Source: the human T2T-CHM13v2.0 reference genome, Homo sapiens
NCBI RefSeq assembly: GCF_009914755.1
Contig: NC_060933.1
Reading direction: 5' to 3' (one strand)
Length of the DNA: 64,000 bases
The notes under the pieces were generated by a model. It searched no databases. It had not been told where the DNA came from and saw nothing but the letters and a program-made list of their open reading frames with translations. Position 1 is the first letter of the stretch. Each line of letters opens with the position of its first letter. The position numbers and the translations under genes were made by a program. Positions 43,779 through 59,624 of the stretch are shown in pieces.

Positions 43779-44099
43779 CTGTCTCTGTTCTCTTTCCCTC
43801 TCACCCCTGGGTCAGAGGGAGTCTTCTCTTTTATAGCCCCTGTGGATGGCTTATAACTTGGCTACTATACACCGGTATTGCTATTGGGATGTTTCTGGCT
43901 GGCATCTGTTCTGATTGGTCAGCGCCTGTATTAAATATTTTGATGATCACCCCTGACCGTATGTCACATCCCTCTTCTACCATTAAGCCACCAGGATTGT
44001 GGCTGTGCTGGAAGAAGTGTCTTCTCCACACTCAGGAAAACCCTCTGAGCTGGGTGCCCCACTCTCGACTCTTGATGTAGTAAAGCTGGGACATAAAAG
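43779..44099 (+). repeat. Segment B of the local inverted duplication (partner 45460-45795); contains a small hAT-like relic (MamRep1894-like)
   Basis: ggcatctgttctgattggtcag...attaaatattttgatgatcacccctgacc...ctcaggaaaaccctctga...taaagctgggacataaaag found reverse-complemented at 45460-45795. Confidence 0.9.
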
Positions 44100-44360
44100 G
44101 ATTTGGAAAATCCTCTCTGGACGAGGTAGCCTGACTTGTACAGCTATTATCTTGCTGCCAAATCCTGATTTGCCTGCTAGAAGCTGCATATGACTCTGTA
44201 CTTTACCTCTGTAACAAATCCTAATTTTCCCACGGGCAGATGGACTCTCATTCAGAAAAGCAAAAGAGAAAAATACCTTGATACTTTTCAAAACATTATC
44301 CCATTACGTTGTACTGAGTTGAGTTAAGCATTGGGTCAGACGCTGGGGATCCAAAATTGA

Positions 44361-44679
<319 letters not shown>

Positions 44680-44759
44680 ATAACACCAGTTTTTTAGTGC
44701 TAGAGTGGCGGTGTGTCCCAAACGCCGTGGAAACTTAGAGGTTAACAATCACAACAGCA

Positions 44760-44945
44760 GCAATATTAGCTAAAACATACCAAGCTTCTCTGCGAGGCAT
44801 GTGCTTAGTGACTTAATTTACTTCTCTCCGGTAACTCTGTGACATAGGTACCATTCTGCCATTATTCAGATGAGGCTCTCCAGGCACAGAGGGGTGAAGT
44901 ACCTGTCCAGGATTGCCCAGCTGGCCACAGTGGGACCAGATTTAG
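44760..44945 (-). mobile_element. MIR
   Basis: taactctgtgacataggtacc...cagatgagg...ggcacagaggggtgaagtacctgtccagg. Confidence 0.65.
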
Positions 44946-45274
44946 GGTGAACGATCAGAACATAGCACCTTCAGTCTGATTCTCTCTATTGTCCCCATCA
45001 AGGAAGGCTTCACAGAGTAGGTGACATTTGGTGTCTTTCCATTTGAGAGATGTGGAACTAGGGCATGATTAAGAGGCTTGCCTAAGGTCTACTTGCTTGG
45101 CTGCAGGTCAGAGTTTCTTCCTGCATCTTAGGCTGCCTTTCACAGTGAACTTGACACTGAGGTAGCCTGCAGAGTGTCCACGCTATACACAGTATAGACT
45201 GGGCAAGGGTCAGGGCAAGAGGTCACCTGGATCCCGATCCCACCCCCACCCTTACTGCTTGGTGGGAGACTGGA

Positions 45275-45795
45275 TGTTCTGTTGAATAGATCCATGACCT
45301 TCAAGGCCAGTACTTGTTCTTCTAAGTGTTATTACATATGTTGCATCTCCTGACAACTCTGTAGCCCTTTTTCTCTTGCATTACCTCTCATAGTCTTGGT
45401 GCTATGTAATAAACCCTGCCCCTGACCCATTCCTAGTCCCAGCTGGATGGCATCTTTAACTTTTATGTCCCAGCTTTAATACATCAAGAACTGAGAGTGG
45501 GACACCCAGTTCAGAGGGTTTTCCTGAGTATAGAGAAGACAGTCCTTTCACCTGTGACAGCACAGCCACAATCCTGGTGGCTTGATGGTAGATGAGGGAT
45601 GTGACATAGGGTCAGGGGTGATCATCAAAATATTTAATGCAGGCACTGACCAATCAGAACAGATGCCAGGGAAAAACATCCCAGTGGCAATACTGGTGCA
45701 TAGTAGCCAACTATAAGTTGTCCACAGGGGCTACAAAAGAGAAGCCTGCCCCCCCGGCCTAGGGGTGAGAGGGAGGGAGAGCAGAGCAGAGACAG
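45275..45795 (-). repeat. Inverted, permuted copy (B joined to A) of 43444-44099
   Basis: Reverse complement reads B (43779-44099) then immediately A (43444-43628). Confidence 0.9.
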
Positions 45796-45832
45796 AAAGG
45801 GCATCTGTGGCTTTGAGGATTTTTTTGCTGGG

Positions 45833-46226
45833 TTGTCATCTGAATTTGTGTCCCCTAGAAGCAGATCCTGAAACAAGCTACTGAAGGAAATACAGGCAGG
45901 GGAGTGGAGAAGTGATACTGGTTGGGGAAGGGAGCCGGTAAATGGTGTGTTTTCAAGCAAGTCACCTCTGTGGGCAGCCGAAGCTGAAGCCAGTGGGGAA
46001 ACACCATGTGCCAAGAGAGCTGGGGTGTTTATAATTGGACAAGGGCTGCTCTCACGGTGTTAATTCCATGGCACTACTGGCCTATTATTCGGCAGCCAAG
46101 CTGGTTCCAAGAGCCAGTGAAAGCCCTGAGGCAAATGAATGCAGGTGCTGGTGTTGGAAGGTGCTGTGTGCCCAGCAGTGGTACAGGTGACAGGATATGA
46201 ATGGGGCACTGGGAGCGTCTGGTGTA
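45833..46226 (-). mobile_element. LTR33-like ERVL LTR
   Basis: tcccctagaagcagatcctgaaacaag...aagcaagtcacctctgtgggcag...gagctggggtgtttata...aaagccctgaggca. Confidence 0.55.
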
Positions 46227-46265
46227 GTCATCAGCAGACTGGGTGAGGGATAGAGCCCTACAGCC

Positions 46266-46268
46266 TGT

Positions 46269-46317
<49 letters not shown>
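46266..46317. repeat. Compound (TG)n(AG)n microsatellite
   Basis: Seen directly. Confidence 0.9.
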
Positions 46318-46886
46318 CTGCCCTCTGGCATTTCAAGGCTGGTGATTCAGATCACAAAAGAGCAGTGAACATGAGGCTGGAACACTCTGGAACCAGAGGA
46401 GAGGTCTGTGGCGGCAGGCACTGTCAGCTGCTGGAGCTGTCCTTCCCCTGCTGCGTGTGTGTTACTACCTGCTCTCCCTTCCTTTCCTGGCTGGCCCTCC
46501 CAGACCTAAAGATGCCACCCCAGCAGTTTCTGGCCAGTCTGAGTGCTCCTGGTTAAACTTCCAAGAAATGAGTTTTGCCCCCTCATAGCTGATCTTGTGC
46601 CCTGAGGGCTGGGCAGGAGTCCTGGTTACAAGAGCTTTGCAGCCTCAGCTTCCAGTGTCCTATTTCAGCCACAGAGCTGACCAGCCTCCGTGGATAATTT
46701 AGATTCATTCCCTCCCTCTGGTAGCTAAAGCATGTGAAAGTTCAATTGAGGTTACTACTCCCTGGCACCAGTGAGGCAGCTGTCAGCCTTAATGAGATAA
46801 TGCCTTCCACGTTTCCTGAGTTCTTTGAGAGACGGGCACTGTACTACTCTATTATTTATAGGATTGTTTGCAATGTTGTTTTCTAA

Positions 46887-47818
<932 letters not shown>

Positions 47819-47834
47819 AAAAATGTGTGTCTTT

Positions 47835-48182
<348 letters not shown>

Positions 48183-48885
48183 CTAGCAAAGCAACTGGGT
48201 TCCTGGTGAAGCTCCACTCTATGGAAACAAAAGCACACTTTTTTTTTGGTGTTAATCTTCATTTGATTACCTATTCAGGAGCTAGAATGCTGTGGTCAAA
48301 AGGAATTTTTGGATATAGAAAAATTTAAGTTCCAAATCCTCATCTTACTAATTACTGATTGTGTGATGTCAAACAATGTTGTAAATTAGAATTGCTGTGA
48401 GGGAGCCCAGAGCTGCTGTATGTTTCTGTGCAGCTTGGATGCTGCAGTCTTCCAGAGTTCACGTGGCAGCCTATGCGAATGATGTCCCCGGAGCTGTTGG
48501 GTATATAACCTGAACAACCACATACAGTGACTCTCAGGACCAACAGCCTGCACATTAAATTGTAAAACACTTTGCAGATGCTAAGATGTTGACCAATAAA
48601 AACTAGAGGAAGCCAACTTTAAGGGTGAACTATTTTTAAACATCCTTTAGGAAAATTATTTTTATGTTAGCTATTTTTAAAAGCTTATCGGTTACTCGTA
48701 AGTGCAACTCATTTAAAGACATCTGTGTATTTTAAGGTAAATCTAATCTTCATCACTTTAATTTATTCAGTGTTGTCTCTAAAATCTCTTTGATGTCTAG
48801 TAAGCTTTTCTCTAAGCTCTGAATACTAAGTATTAAATACTTTCTCCTTGATGTAGAAAGTTGTCATTTCATGTTTGCTATAGGT

Positions 48886-49084
48886 CAGCGCTGCCAGATA
48901 GGACTTCCCATGGTGATGGAAATGTTCTCTCTTTGTGCTATAAGGCAGCCAGTAGCCATACCTGGCTATTGATTATTCATCATGTGGCTAATGCAATTGA
49001 GAAACTGAATTTTAAATATAATTTAAACTAATTAAAAATTAAAGAGCCACACGTGGCTATTAGCCACTCTATTGGACAGTGCAG
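48886..49084. mobile_element. MER3 (hAT-Charlie MITE)
   Basis: gatggaaatgttct...gtagccatacctggctattga...gaaactgaattttaaat...ccacacgtggcta...attggacagtgcag. Confidence 0.8.
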
Positions 49085-50319
49085 TGCGTTCTTAGTACTA
49101 CCCATCATATCTAGTCCTATTAAAGTCATACTGTTGCAGCCCAAGGGGACCCTACTTAAGAGCAGTATGTGACTTTTCCTGGGCAATAAAACTTTGCTTC
49201 ATTTTCATGCATAACGTGTTCCTAAAAAGCTGTATGTATGGAGAGAAGTTTTGTATCAAATCATGTTTTCTCATTTAATCCTATTATAATTTCAAGATGG
49301 CAGAGCCTCTGAAAAGCCTTTGATTTCAACATTTAATAGATCCAATTGAGTACATTAACCCTTGCTTTAAGAAGTTTTTGATCTTTATCAACATCTTGTC
49401 TTTTTATGTCAATTTTTTCTGGCTTACACCCATCTTGGAAAGGTTAATTAAACGGATTTTGCAAATTGGATGGGCATAGCGAGCTGTGTTTCCTTATGGA
49501 AACATTCGAATTCCCTGTGGCTCACAGGACATTGTTCTTGCTCCTGTTGCCTCTGTTGCGTCTTTGCAAGCAAGCCCAGAGGTAAGGGCTCAAAATTCTA
49601 TACTCCAAGTAGACATCTGCCTAAAGCACAGACATTTTTGCCTGGATCTCCTTTCCCTTCTCTTTAGGTCCTAGAAGTCAGAAGCCTTTCAGAATAAAAG
49701 CTGTGGGAATAACCCAATCCTGAGGGTAGGGATTGGGAGGCTAGACTTAATTTAATTCCCCACTGCCTGCCATGAGTGCCTGGCCTGATGCAAGACTCTG
49801 GGGGATAGATATAGCCCCCAGATATATCCAAGACTCTGGCTGGGGGATACATGAGTAAGAAAAAGTTTTTGCTTCTTTTGAGAAGTCTACAACAAGTGCT
49901 CCAAGACAGGGCTACAAAAACAGTAGTAGGAACTTGAGGAAGAAAATTCATGTAGAAACCATTCACAGAGGCTGCGTTTTTTTTCCTCAAGGAACTTTCT
50001 GACCTGATACTATTAATCTGAGAAGCAACGATCACTTCCCAAATAAAAAGGCAACTAACCTTCCTAGTCAAGATGCTAGAGTCTGTGAAATGCTCCCATA
50101 CCCATAATCCACCTGATGGCCACAAAAAAAGCCTTTCTGGGAAAGCAGGGAACGTGGCATCCATATTTGAGTAAAAAATTGATGCTCCCCCCAGTCTCCT
50201 GGCTTGTAATCTTATAAATACTACGTTTAGGACTTTACATTCTCTCTTCTCTCCCAAAGAGCAGTATGAGTAATTTTTGTCTCATACTCTTTAGTTATGT
50301 TTTTTAAAGTACCTTGTTT

Positions 50320-50770
50320 GATAGCAAAGACATTGAATCAACCTACGGGTTCATCAGCGGTGGAATGGGTAAAGAAAATGTGGTGCATATACACCACGGA
50401 ATACTATGCAGCCATAAAAAAGAATGAAATCGTCCTTTGTAGCAACATGGATACAGCTGGAGGCCATTATCCTAAGTGAATTAACATACAAACAGAAAAT
50501 CAAATACTGCATGTTCTCACTTACAAGTGGGAGCTAAGCATTGGATACTTGTGGACATAAAGATGGAACAATAGATACTGCAGACTACTAGAGAGGAGAG
50601 GGGAAGGGAGGGAGGGAGACAAGGGCTGAAAACCTTCCTATATTAGATGCTGTGCCCACTCCTGGGTGATGAGATCATTCATACCCCAAATCTCAGCATT
50701 ATGCAATACACACATGTAACCAACCTGCACATGTACTTTCTGAATCTAAGGTAAAAGTTGAAATTATTTT
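50320..50770 (+). mobile_element. L1PB-like 3' end
   Basis: atagcaaagacattgaatcaaccta...gcatgttctcacttacaagtgggagcta...aacctgcacatgtac; flanking repeat tttttaaagtacct. Confidence 0.85.
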
Positions 50771-51565
50771 TTAAAGTACCTGTTTAAAGTCGTGTTTACC
50801 CTCTTAAAGAAAACACTTCTAAATTGCTCTCTCCTTTTCCCTTTAATATTCGAGTCACCATTATAAATGCTTCAGCAAGGTGACCAATGAATGGTGAGGG
50901 TTTTGGGGTAGCATAAAGCTCCCCAAAGAGAGGCATACCTCATTTTATTGTGTTTCACAGATATTGCATTTCTACAAATTGAAGGTTTGTATCATCCAAG
51001 CATGGAGCAAGTCTGTTGGCATCGTTTTTCCACCAGCATGTGCTCATTTCATGCCACCATGTCACATTTTTGTTACTCTCACGATATTTCAAGCTTTTGC
51101 TTCTTGTTATATCTGTTCTGGTGATCTACGATCAATCATATTTGGTGGTACTGTTGTACTTGACTGCTCTGCCACCTGTTCTCCCATCTCTCTTTCTCTC
51201 CCCCAGAGTCCCTATTCCCTGAGACACAAAAATATGGAAGCTAGAACAATTAATAACCCTACAATGGACTCTCAGTGTTCAAGTGAAAGGAAGAGTCCCA
51301 TGTCTCTCACTTTAAATCAAAAGCTAGAAATGCTTAAACTTAGTGAGTGAGAAAGGCATGTTAAAAACTGAGACAGGCCAAAAGCTAGGCCTCTTCCACC
51401 AAACAACCAAAGTGGAGAATGCAAAGGAAAAGTTCTTGAAGGAAATTAAAAGTGCTACTCCAGCAAACACACGAATGATACAAAAGCGAAAGAGCCTTAT
51501 TGCCGATAGGGAGAAAGTTGCAGTGGTCTGGATAGAAGATAAAACCAGCCACAACACTCCCTTAA

Positions 51566-51693
51566 CCCATTTATGCCTGAGGTTGCAATTTTTTGAATTT
51601 TTGCAATCAGACCTTGGCGATGATCTTGAGCAGTAGCATATAAGTAACCCCTACATGCTTAGCATTCCAATAATGGAATGCTAGGCATAAGTA
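51566..51693 (+). mobile_element. MER85 (piggyBac/PGBD3-derived MITE)
   Basis: cccatttatgcctgaggttgcaattttttgaatttttgcaatcagaccttggcgatg...ttccaataatggaa..ctaggcataa flanked by TTAA at 51562 and 51694. Confidence 0.9.
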
Positions 51694-51907
51694 TTAAGCC
51701 AAAGCCAAATTTAGAGTAAGGCCCTAAATCTCTTCAATTCTATGAAGGCTGAGAGAGGCAAAGAAACTGCAGAAGAAATGGTTCTCAAGGTTTAAGGAAA
51801 GAAGCCATCTCCGTAACATAAAAGCACAAGGTGAAGCAGGAAGTGCTGATGGAGAAGCTGTAGCGAGTCATCCGGAAGATCTAGTTAAGATCACTGATGA
51901 AGCCACC

Positions 51908-52308
51908 TGTATTAGGCTGTTCTCCATTGCTGTAAAAAAAAATACATGAGACCGGGTAATTCCTAAGAAAAGAGGTTTAATTGGATCCTGGTTCTTCAGA
52001 CCCTGCAGGAGACATTGTGGTGGCATCTGCTTCTGGGGAGGCCTCAGGAAGTGTTTACTTATGGTGGAAGGCAAGTGGGAGCAGGCACTTCACATGGTGA
52101 AAGCAGGAGAAAGAGAGAGTGAAGAGAGTGAGGTGCTACACACTTTTAAACAACCAGATCTTGTGAAAACTCACTTTCTTGAGGAGGGTAGCAAGCCCAG
52201 AGGGTTCCACTCCATGGCCCAGCCACTACCCACCAGGCCCCACCTCCAACACCGGGGCTTACAATTCAACATGAGATTTGGGCCAGGACAAATATCCAAA
52301 CTATATCA
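51908..52308 (-). mobile_element. MSTA/B solo LTR inside Tigger1
   Basis: tgtattagg...ggggaggcctcaggaag...ccaaactatatca; 5-bp TSD ccacc. Confidence 0.9.
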
Positions 52309-52545
52309 CCACCTTCACCATCTACACTAAACCACAGATTTTCAGTATAGATGAAACAGCCTTATCTTGGAAGAAGATGCCATCTGGGACTTTTCATAGC
52401 TCGAGGGAAGAAGTCAATGCCTGGCTTTGAAGCTTCAAAGGACAGGCTGACTCTCTTGTTGGGGAATAACGCAGTGGGTGACCTAAAGGTGAATGCTCAT
52501 TTACCATTCCAAAAATCCTAGAGCTCTTAAGAATTATGCTAACTC

Positions 52546-53037
<492 letters not shown>

Positions 53038-53254
53038 TCACCCAAGAGCTCTGAGAAAGATGTACAAGGAGATCAATATTGTTTTCATGCCTGCTAATAC
53101 CACATCCATTCTGCAGCCCATTGATTAAGGAGTAGTATTGACTTTCAAGTATTATTTAAGAAATACATTTTGTAAGTCTATAACTATCATAGATCACTAT
53201 TTCTCTGATGGATCTTGGTGTATAAAAAACCTTTGGGAAGGATTTATTATTCTA

Positions 53255-53613
<359 letters not shown>

Positions 53614-54339
53614 GAAAAGTGTGATTCATGGGAGGAGATCAAAATGTTGTCAACATTGACAGGAGTTTGGAAGAAGTTGATTCCAACACTCATGGATGAC
53701 TTTGAGGGATTCAAGACTCCAGTGGAGGAAGGAACTGCAGAGGTGGTGGAAGTAGCAAGAGAACTAGAATTAGAAGTGGAGACTGAAGATGTGACTGAAT
53801 TGCTGCAGTCTCATGAAAAAACTTGAAAGGATGAGGAATTGCTTCTTATGGGTGAACAAATAAAGTGGTTTCTTGAGATGGAATCTACTTCTGTGGAGGT
53901 GCAATGAACATTGTTGAAATGACAACAAAGGATTTAAAACATTACATAAACTTAGTTGATAAAGAAGTGGCAGTGTTTGAGAAGGTTGACTCCGATTTTG
54001 AAAGTTCTACTGTGGGTAAAATGTTATCAAACAGCCTTGCATGCTACAGAGAAAAGTTTTCATGAAAAGAAAAGTCAATAGATGCAGCAAATTTCATTGC
54101 TGTCTTATTCTAAGAAATTGCCCCAGCCATCCCAGCCTTCAGCAACCACCACCCTGATCAGTCAGCAACTATCAAAATTAAGGCAAGACCCTCTACCTTC
54201 CAAAAGATTATGACTTGCTGAAAGCTCAGATGATCATTAGCAATTTTAGCAACCAAGTATCTTTAAATTAAGGTGTGTACATTTTTTTAGATGTAATGCT
54301 CTTGCATACTTAATCGACCACAGAATAGTTTAAACATAA

Positions 54340-54690
54340 TGAGACAACCAGGTGGGAAGAGCTCCCTGGCAGAACCTCCAGCGACCTGCGCACTGGGAGG
54401 AATGTGTACTGGGGCGGAGCTGTGGGAAGTTCTCGCCCTTTGCAGTGGGCAGGAGCCTGGCCTCTCTCTCCTGTTCTGGGGTGTGGTACCTGGGATTTAA
54501 TCTGCAAGGCGGGAAGTGCACTAGCAGGACTCTGATGACTCTGGTTTTGCAGAGAGTCCTGTTTTCCCTTTTTTCCTTTTTGCCTGATAAATCCCATTTT
54601 TCTCACCCTTCGAGTTATTTGCAAGGCTAATTTTTCATGGTCATGTGACAAGGACCATCTTTAGCTGAACTAAGGAAAAGTCCTGCAACA
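54340..54690 (+). mobile_element. MER61-family solo LTR (ERV1) inside Tigger1
   Basis: TG...CA ends (tgagacaaccaggtgggaag...gtcctgcaaca); 4-bp TSD ataa. Confidence 0.8.
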
Positions 54691-56284
54691 ATAACTTTTC
54701 TATGTACTGAGAAACCAAAAAATTTGTATGACTTGCTTTATTGTCACACAATAAATTATTAGCTTTATTTTGGTGGTCTGAACTGAATCTGCACTATTTC
54801 TGAAGTATGCCTGTATCTGTGTTTTTTCGCAGCCTTCCAGGTGGCATTAAATAGGCCTATTTTACAAAAAAGCCCTCCCTTCCACCCTCATCTCATACTG
54901 TGGCACTTATTTACCCAAAGTGTTCTTGGCATGCACATTTCTGATCTGCTGCCATCCGAATCTGCCTGCTGCTTGAATGGTTGGCACCCTGAATATATTT
55001 TAGGAAGAAAATTTACCTAAGAGTTAAAAACTCATGATTGTAAATATTCAGTAGGCACTTAAATGATTGTTTCAAAACAGCTTTTGGGATGCAGAGAACA
55101 TGTTTTTCTGTCAGCTGCTCAATATTTATTTTAACATATTAAACAACCTCAGAAATATTCATTGCACGAAAACCTTTCTACGTTTGAGTGGATTAAATTT
55201 ACAAACCCACAGTAATGCTATAAATTACATTTACATAATTCATTTCCCACTAAACAGAATTTGTTTAGCCTGTGTCTGCTAATATATGTGTTTAAGGAAA
55301 AAGCAGCACCTGTATTGTTGGCCACGCAGTTAATTTAGATTAAATAGAATTTAGAAGGCATCTTTGTGTTTCTTTGTTACTGGGCTTACCCTCTCCACCA
55401 TCCAACATCTGAATTTTACAATTAAACAGCATATATGTGTGTGGTCGTAGGTGAGGAGAGAAATCTGCTAAACAAAACCCAAGCCTCCCTTATTTTTGCT
55501 TTTCAGAATGTTCTGTGATGTCCTCTCAAATCATCTATTACTTGTGTTTTGCTAATTTTGTGTAATACGGGAAAGACAGAAAGAGATGAACAAACTGGGT
55601 TGGAGGTCAGATGGAAACTTTGAAACCAGCAGTTTGAGCCCAGATGAATTTGAAGTGACAAGGTAGAAAGAAGCAAGAGTTAGTACGTTGACGATGCACA
55701 CAGGGACCCGAAGAGCCACAGATCTTCTTTCCTTTTGCATTTACATCTATTTTCACAGATGAGGGTGAGGGCCATCAACGCATTTGCTGCTGCAATTTCA
55801 GGTTTTAGAATGTTTTGAACAATATGCCTCAAATCACACCAATAATTAGGGGACCCTTCATTATCGAATGTTAGTCCTCTAATGATGTTACTGGCAGAGA
55901 GGAGATATCGGCTTCACCTTGCAAGGCTTGGTTTTGTGTGGCTGGCACTGAAACAGGCATTGTTCGCCTCAATTTCTCCTCTCTTTTTTCCCAGTATTCT
56001 ATTAAACCTCTTTGTTAAGAGACCCAGCTGCTTGTTTTCTCTCAAGATAATGACTGAAAAATGCACTTTAAAAAAATCATGGGGAACATTATTTCTGGAT
56101 GGTCTGTCTGCTCTTTCTTTTTCCTGTCATCTGGTGATGATGACTTTCAATAATCCCTTGGTAATAAAAATTCATTTGAACACACAGACCAAATATGGAG
56201 CTTAAATTACCACAGAAACCGTGGACTATTCCCCTTCTTTTCAGCTTAATGGGGATTCTTCACTTTCTTTTCCCCCCAATATAT

Positions 56285-56910
56285 CTATTTTTAAAAAACC
56301 TAAAGTATAATTTAAATACAATAAGATTTGCAGATTTTACATATACAGTTTTCTGAGTTTGGACTTATGTACATTCCCATGTAACTGCTATTCCCACCAA
56401 GATAAGGAACATTTCCGTTGCCCCAGAAAGTTTTCTCATTTCCTGCCCCAATCTACCCTCCTCCAGAAAACTCCCACTGTTTGGATTTTTATCACCACAG
56501 ATTAGTTTTGCCTGCTTTTATGCATTCATTACATAAATGAAATCACACAGTATGTATTCTTTTCGGTCTGGTCTTTTCACTCAGCACAATGTCTTTGAGA
56601 TCATTCCTGTTGCCGCATGTATCAGTAGTTTGTTCCTTTTTATTGCTGAGATGTAATCCATTTTGTGGATGGAGCACAAATGATCTAGCTTTCTGTTCAT
56701 GGGCACATCGATTGTTTCCATTTTTGGCTATTTTGAATAAGGTTACTGTGAACATTTATGTATGCAATGTTGTGCGGATATTCGTGCAGATATTCACTTT
56801 CATTTTTGTTGGGTAAATACTGAAGTGTACAATTGCTGGGCTGTATGGGAGGTGTGTGTTGTACTTTAGAAGAAAGTGCCAAAAAGTTGTTCAAAGTGGT
56901 TGTATCTTTT
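56285..56910 (-). mobile_element. L1MB/ME 3' end
   Basis: aaagtataatttaaatacaataa...ccccagaaagttttctc...tttcactcagcacaatgtctttgagatcat...ttggctattttgaataa. Confidence 0.8.
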
Positions 56911-57098
56911 TAAAAAAACATCAAAACATGGATGTGTGGAAAGCCGATTTTGGTCTCTGGCAAATTCTATTGTGAGATTTTTGAGGGGATTGACAGGGTG
57001 CTCTGCCTCTGCCTTGCTTTTTGACCCACTTTAATTTTGGGGGGTACTTGGCTCCTGTCTACAAAGAGATTTGAAGCATTAGAAATTATGCAACTTGG

Positions 57099-57152
<54 letters not shown>

Positions 57153-57210
57153 CTTTCTCTCTCTCTCTTTTCTTTCTCTCTCTCTCTCTCTGTCTTTCTT
57201 TCTTTCTTTC
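57099..57210. repeat. (CTTT)n/(CT)n polypyrimidine microsatellite
   Basis: Seen directly. Confidence 0.9.
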
Positions 57211-58257
57211 GAAAAAGAAATCTCAGGAGGTTTCAGGCAAATGTCCTGAGGAAATGAGCCTCTGACCCATTTCCCTGCTGGCTGTATGCTCTGGTAGATT
57301 GCTCACTTGAATGGTGGGGAAGTGCGGAGGTCTCAAAGAAGGCCACGTCTACAGGCTCTGTGCTGAAGTGGAGCATATCATTCTGCAGCAGGAAGTCAAG
57401 ATATCAACCCCTCCATCAGAACACAGAATCTCCATGAAAAATCTGTCAGAGAAAGATGAAGAATCTCAGCAAGAGAACAGCTCTCTCTTTGGTCACTGGG
57501 ACAAAGACTAGGACCCATTTATAGCTTGCTAATGTTTTGCTAGACAAATGCTAGCATCTTTTTTTTCACGTTATATGCTGTTCACATGTCTTGCAAATAA
57601 TCATAAATCAACAGACTTAGACATGTCACCATGATGTATGTTCTGATCAGTTTACCTTGGTATTAATGAATAGAAAAAAAATACTGTCTTTTACTACCCT
57701 TTTCTTGTAAATCTTAGCAAAGCAGGTAAGGAACTGAGGTATGAAGCTGGGGGTGTGAGCACTGCTTTCTTTCCTTCTTGGGGGTGGATTATCATAATCC
57801 ACAGAGCCCTATTTTAAGATCAGAGTCTCTGGTCTCTTAAGTTTGACAACAGATGCCAGACTCTGTTTCTACTTCCAGCTTTGCAAATAGGCACCCCGTT
57901 TGTATAAAAACAATCGAAGGAGGAGCTGATATCAATAACTTAATTGAAATCTTCTTTCTCCATTCATCCCCACTCCTACGTTGCCCCTGCAATTTGTGAT
58001 TCATGTCAATATATCAGATTATTCTGACCAAATGAGTCAATTGAAATGAGAATATTTAAATAGATATTTATTTACATCATTAAAAATGCTCTAACTTAAC
58101 AATAAGAAAACAGACAATCTAAGTAAAACATGGACAAAATATCTGAACAGACACCTCACCAAAGAGGATATGCAGATGGCAAATAAGCATATAAAAAGAT
58201 ACTGAACATCATATATCATCAGGGAATTGGAAATTAAAACAATAATGAAATACCACA

Positions 58258-59379
58258 GTTACAGGATATTTGGGGTGTCAGTTTTCTGGCCAGAAACCTC
58301 TGTGGCTATGGTGCCTTTACTTAAGGTCTTGTCCTGCATCCAGGAAGAATGGGGTATGCAGACAAGTGAAGGGTGAACAAGACGCAGATGAGCTATAGAG
58401 TGTTACAACAGCTCAGAGGAGACCCACAATGGGTAGCTCCTTTCTGTAGGCAGGTCATCCCTCAAGTGTTCAGTTCTTAGCAGAGAGGAGGCCCTGGAGA
58501 AGATGGCTCCTCTCTGCTAGCAGGTCATCTCTGCAGCTCTCAGCAGAGAGGGTAGCTCCTCCCTGCTACTGGTTGTCCTGTCATCTCCAGCTATCAGCAG
58601 AGAGGGTACTCCTCTCTGTAGCTGGTGGTCCTGTCCTCTTTCTGCCCTCTTCCTCCTCTGGCTGTCCTCTGCCGTGTTCTGGCTGAGCCTAGGGCTTTTA
58701 TGGACCTCAGAGGGGAGGAAGTGCATGCAGATTGGTCCATGGGTAGCCATGGATGGGTGGAACAGGCACCAGAAGTCCCCACTCTGGTCTGTGGGACTGG
58801 CAGCCTGGTCCCCAGCCTTCGGGTCTTCCCTGGCCTGAAGGTAGAGCCTTACAAGTACCTGCCTTCTTCCACCCAGGACTCTGCCTCCTGCTGCCATTCA
58901 AGGCCCCAGGACTTGGCCCCAACCCTACTCTGAGAGTGGAGCAGGTGCAGGGAGAGAAGAGAAGCCAGGCAGTGGGAGCCAACATCCCTGAGCCTTTGGG
59001 GCATCAGGGACAGTCCTTTCCTGACCTGAGGGTGCAGGCTGTAGAGATGCCTGGGTTCTGTGCCTGGGAGGGCAGCCACAGCTGCACTCAGGAAGGCAGA
59101 TCCTGCCTGCTCCCAGCCCTCCCCCAAGAGCACAGGGAGCTCAGATCCACAACTGCAGTTTGGGCGGCTGTAGCCCTACCCAGGAGGGTGGGGATGGCTC
59201 CTGCCTGCTCTGTAGAGCAGGAGGCCTGGGTCTGCAGCTATGGTTTGGGTGGCTACAGTGGCACCTGAGGAGCTCCTGCCCCAACTCAGATGGAGTGGGG
59301 TTCCCACTGGCTCCATGGAATGTGCAGCCACAGCTGGGCCTCCCTGCTGCAGCCAGTGTGGTGATGGCCGCTGCTGTCA
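58258..59379 (-). mobile_element. MER52-family LTR (ERV1)
   Basis: gttacaggatatttggggtgtc...ccagaaacctctgtggc; internal cagcagagagggtagctcctc repeats; ends gctgctgtca. Confidence 0.8.
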
Positions 59380-59624
59380 TAACCACTACACACCTATAAG
59401 AAGGGTGAAAAAATCATTAAGAAATAAGAGAATGGTGAGAATCCAAAACACTGAGGATACCAAATGCTCATAAGGATGTGAAGCAATAAGAACCCTCATT
59501 GCTGGTAGCAATTTGTCAGTTTCTTAGCAAATGAAACATACCCTTACCATAAGATTTAGCAATCATACTCCTTGGTATTTACTCAAATGAATTGAAAATT
59601 ATGTCTACATAAAAACTTGCACAC

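Noticed and set aside
49664-50257. 197-aa minus-strand ORF in non-repeat DNA
   Set aside because: Non-ATG start, no recognisable domain, composition unlike a real protein.
54340-54690. p53 response element in MER61 (family known for such sites)
   Set aside because: No paired RRRCWWGYYY half-sites visible in this copy.
58517-59473. Cluster of ORFs up to 171 aa
   Set aside because: All lie in or overlap the GC-rich MER52 LTR.
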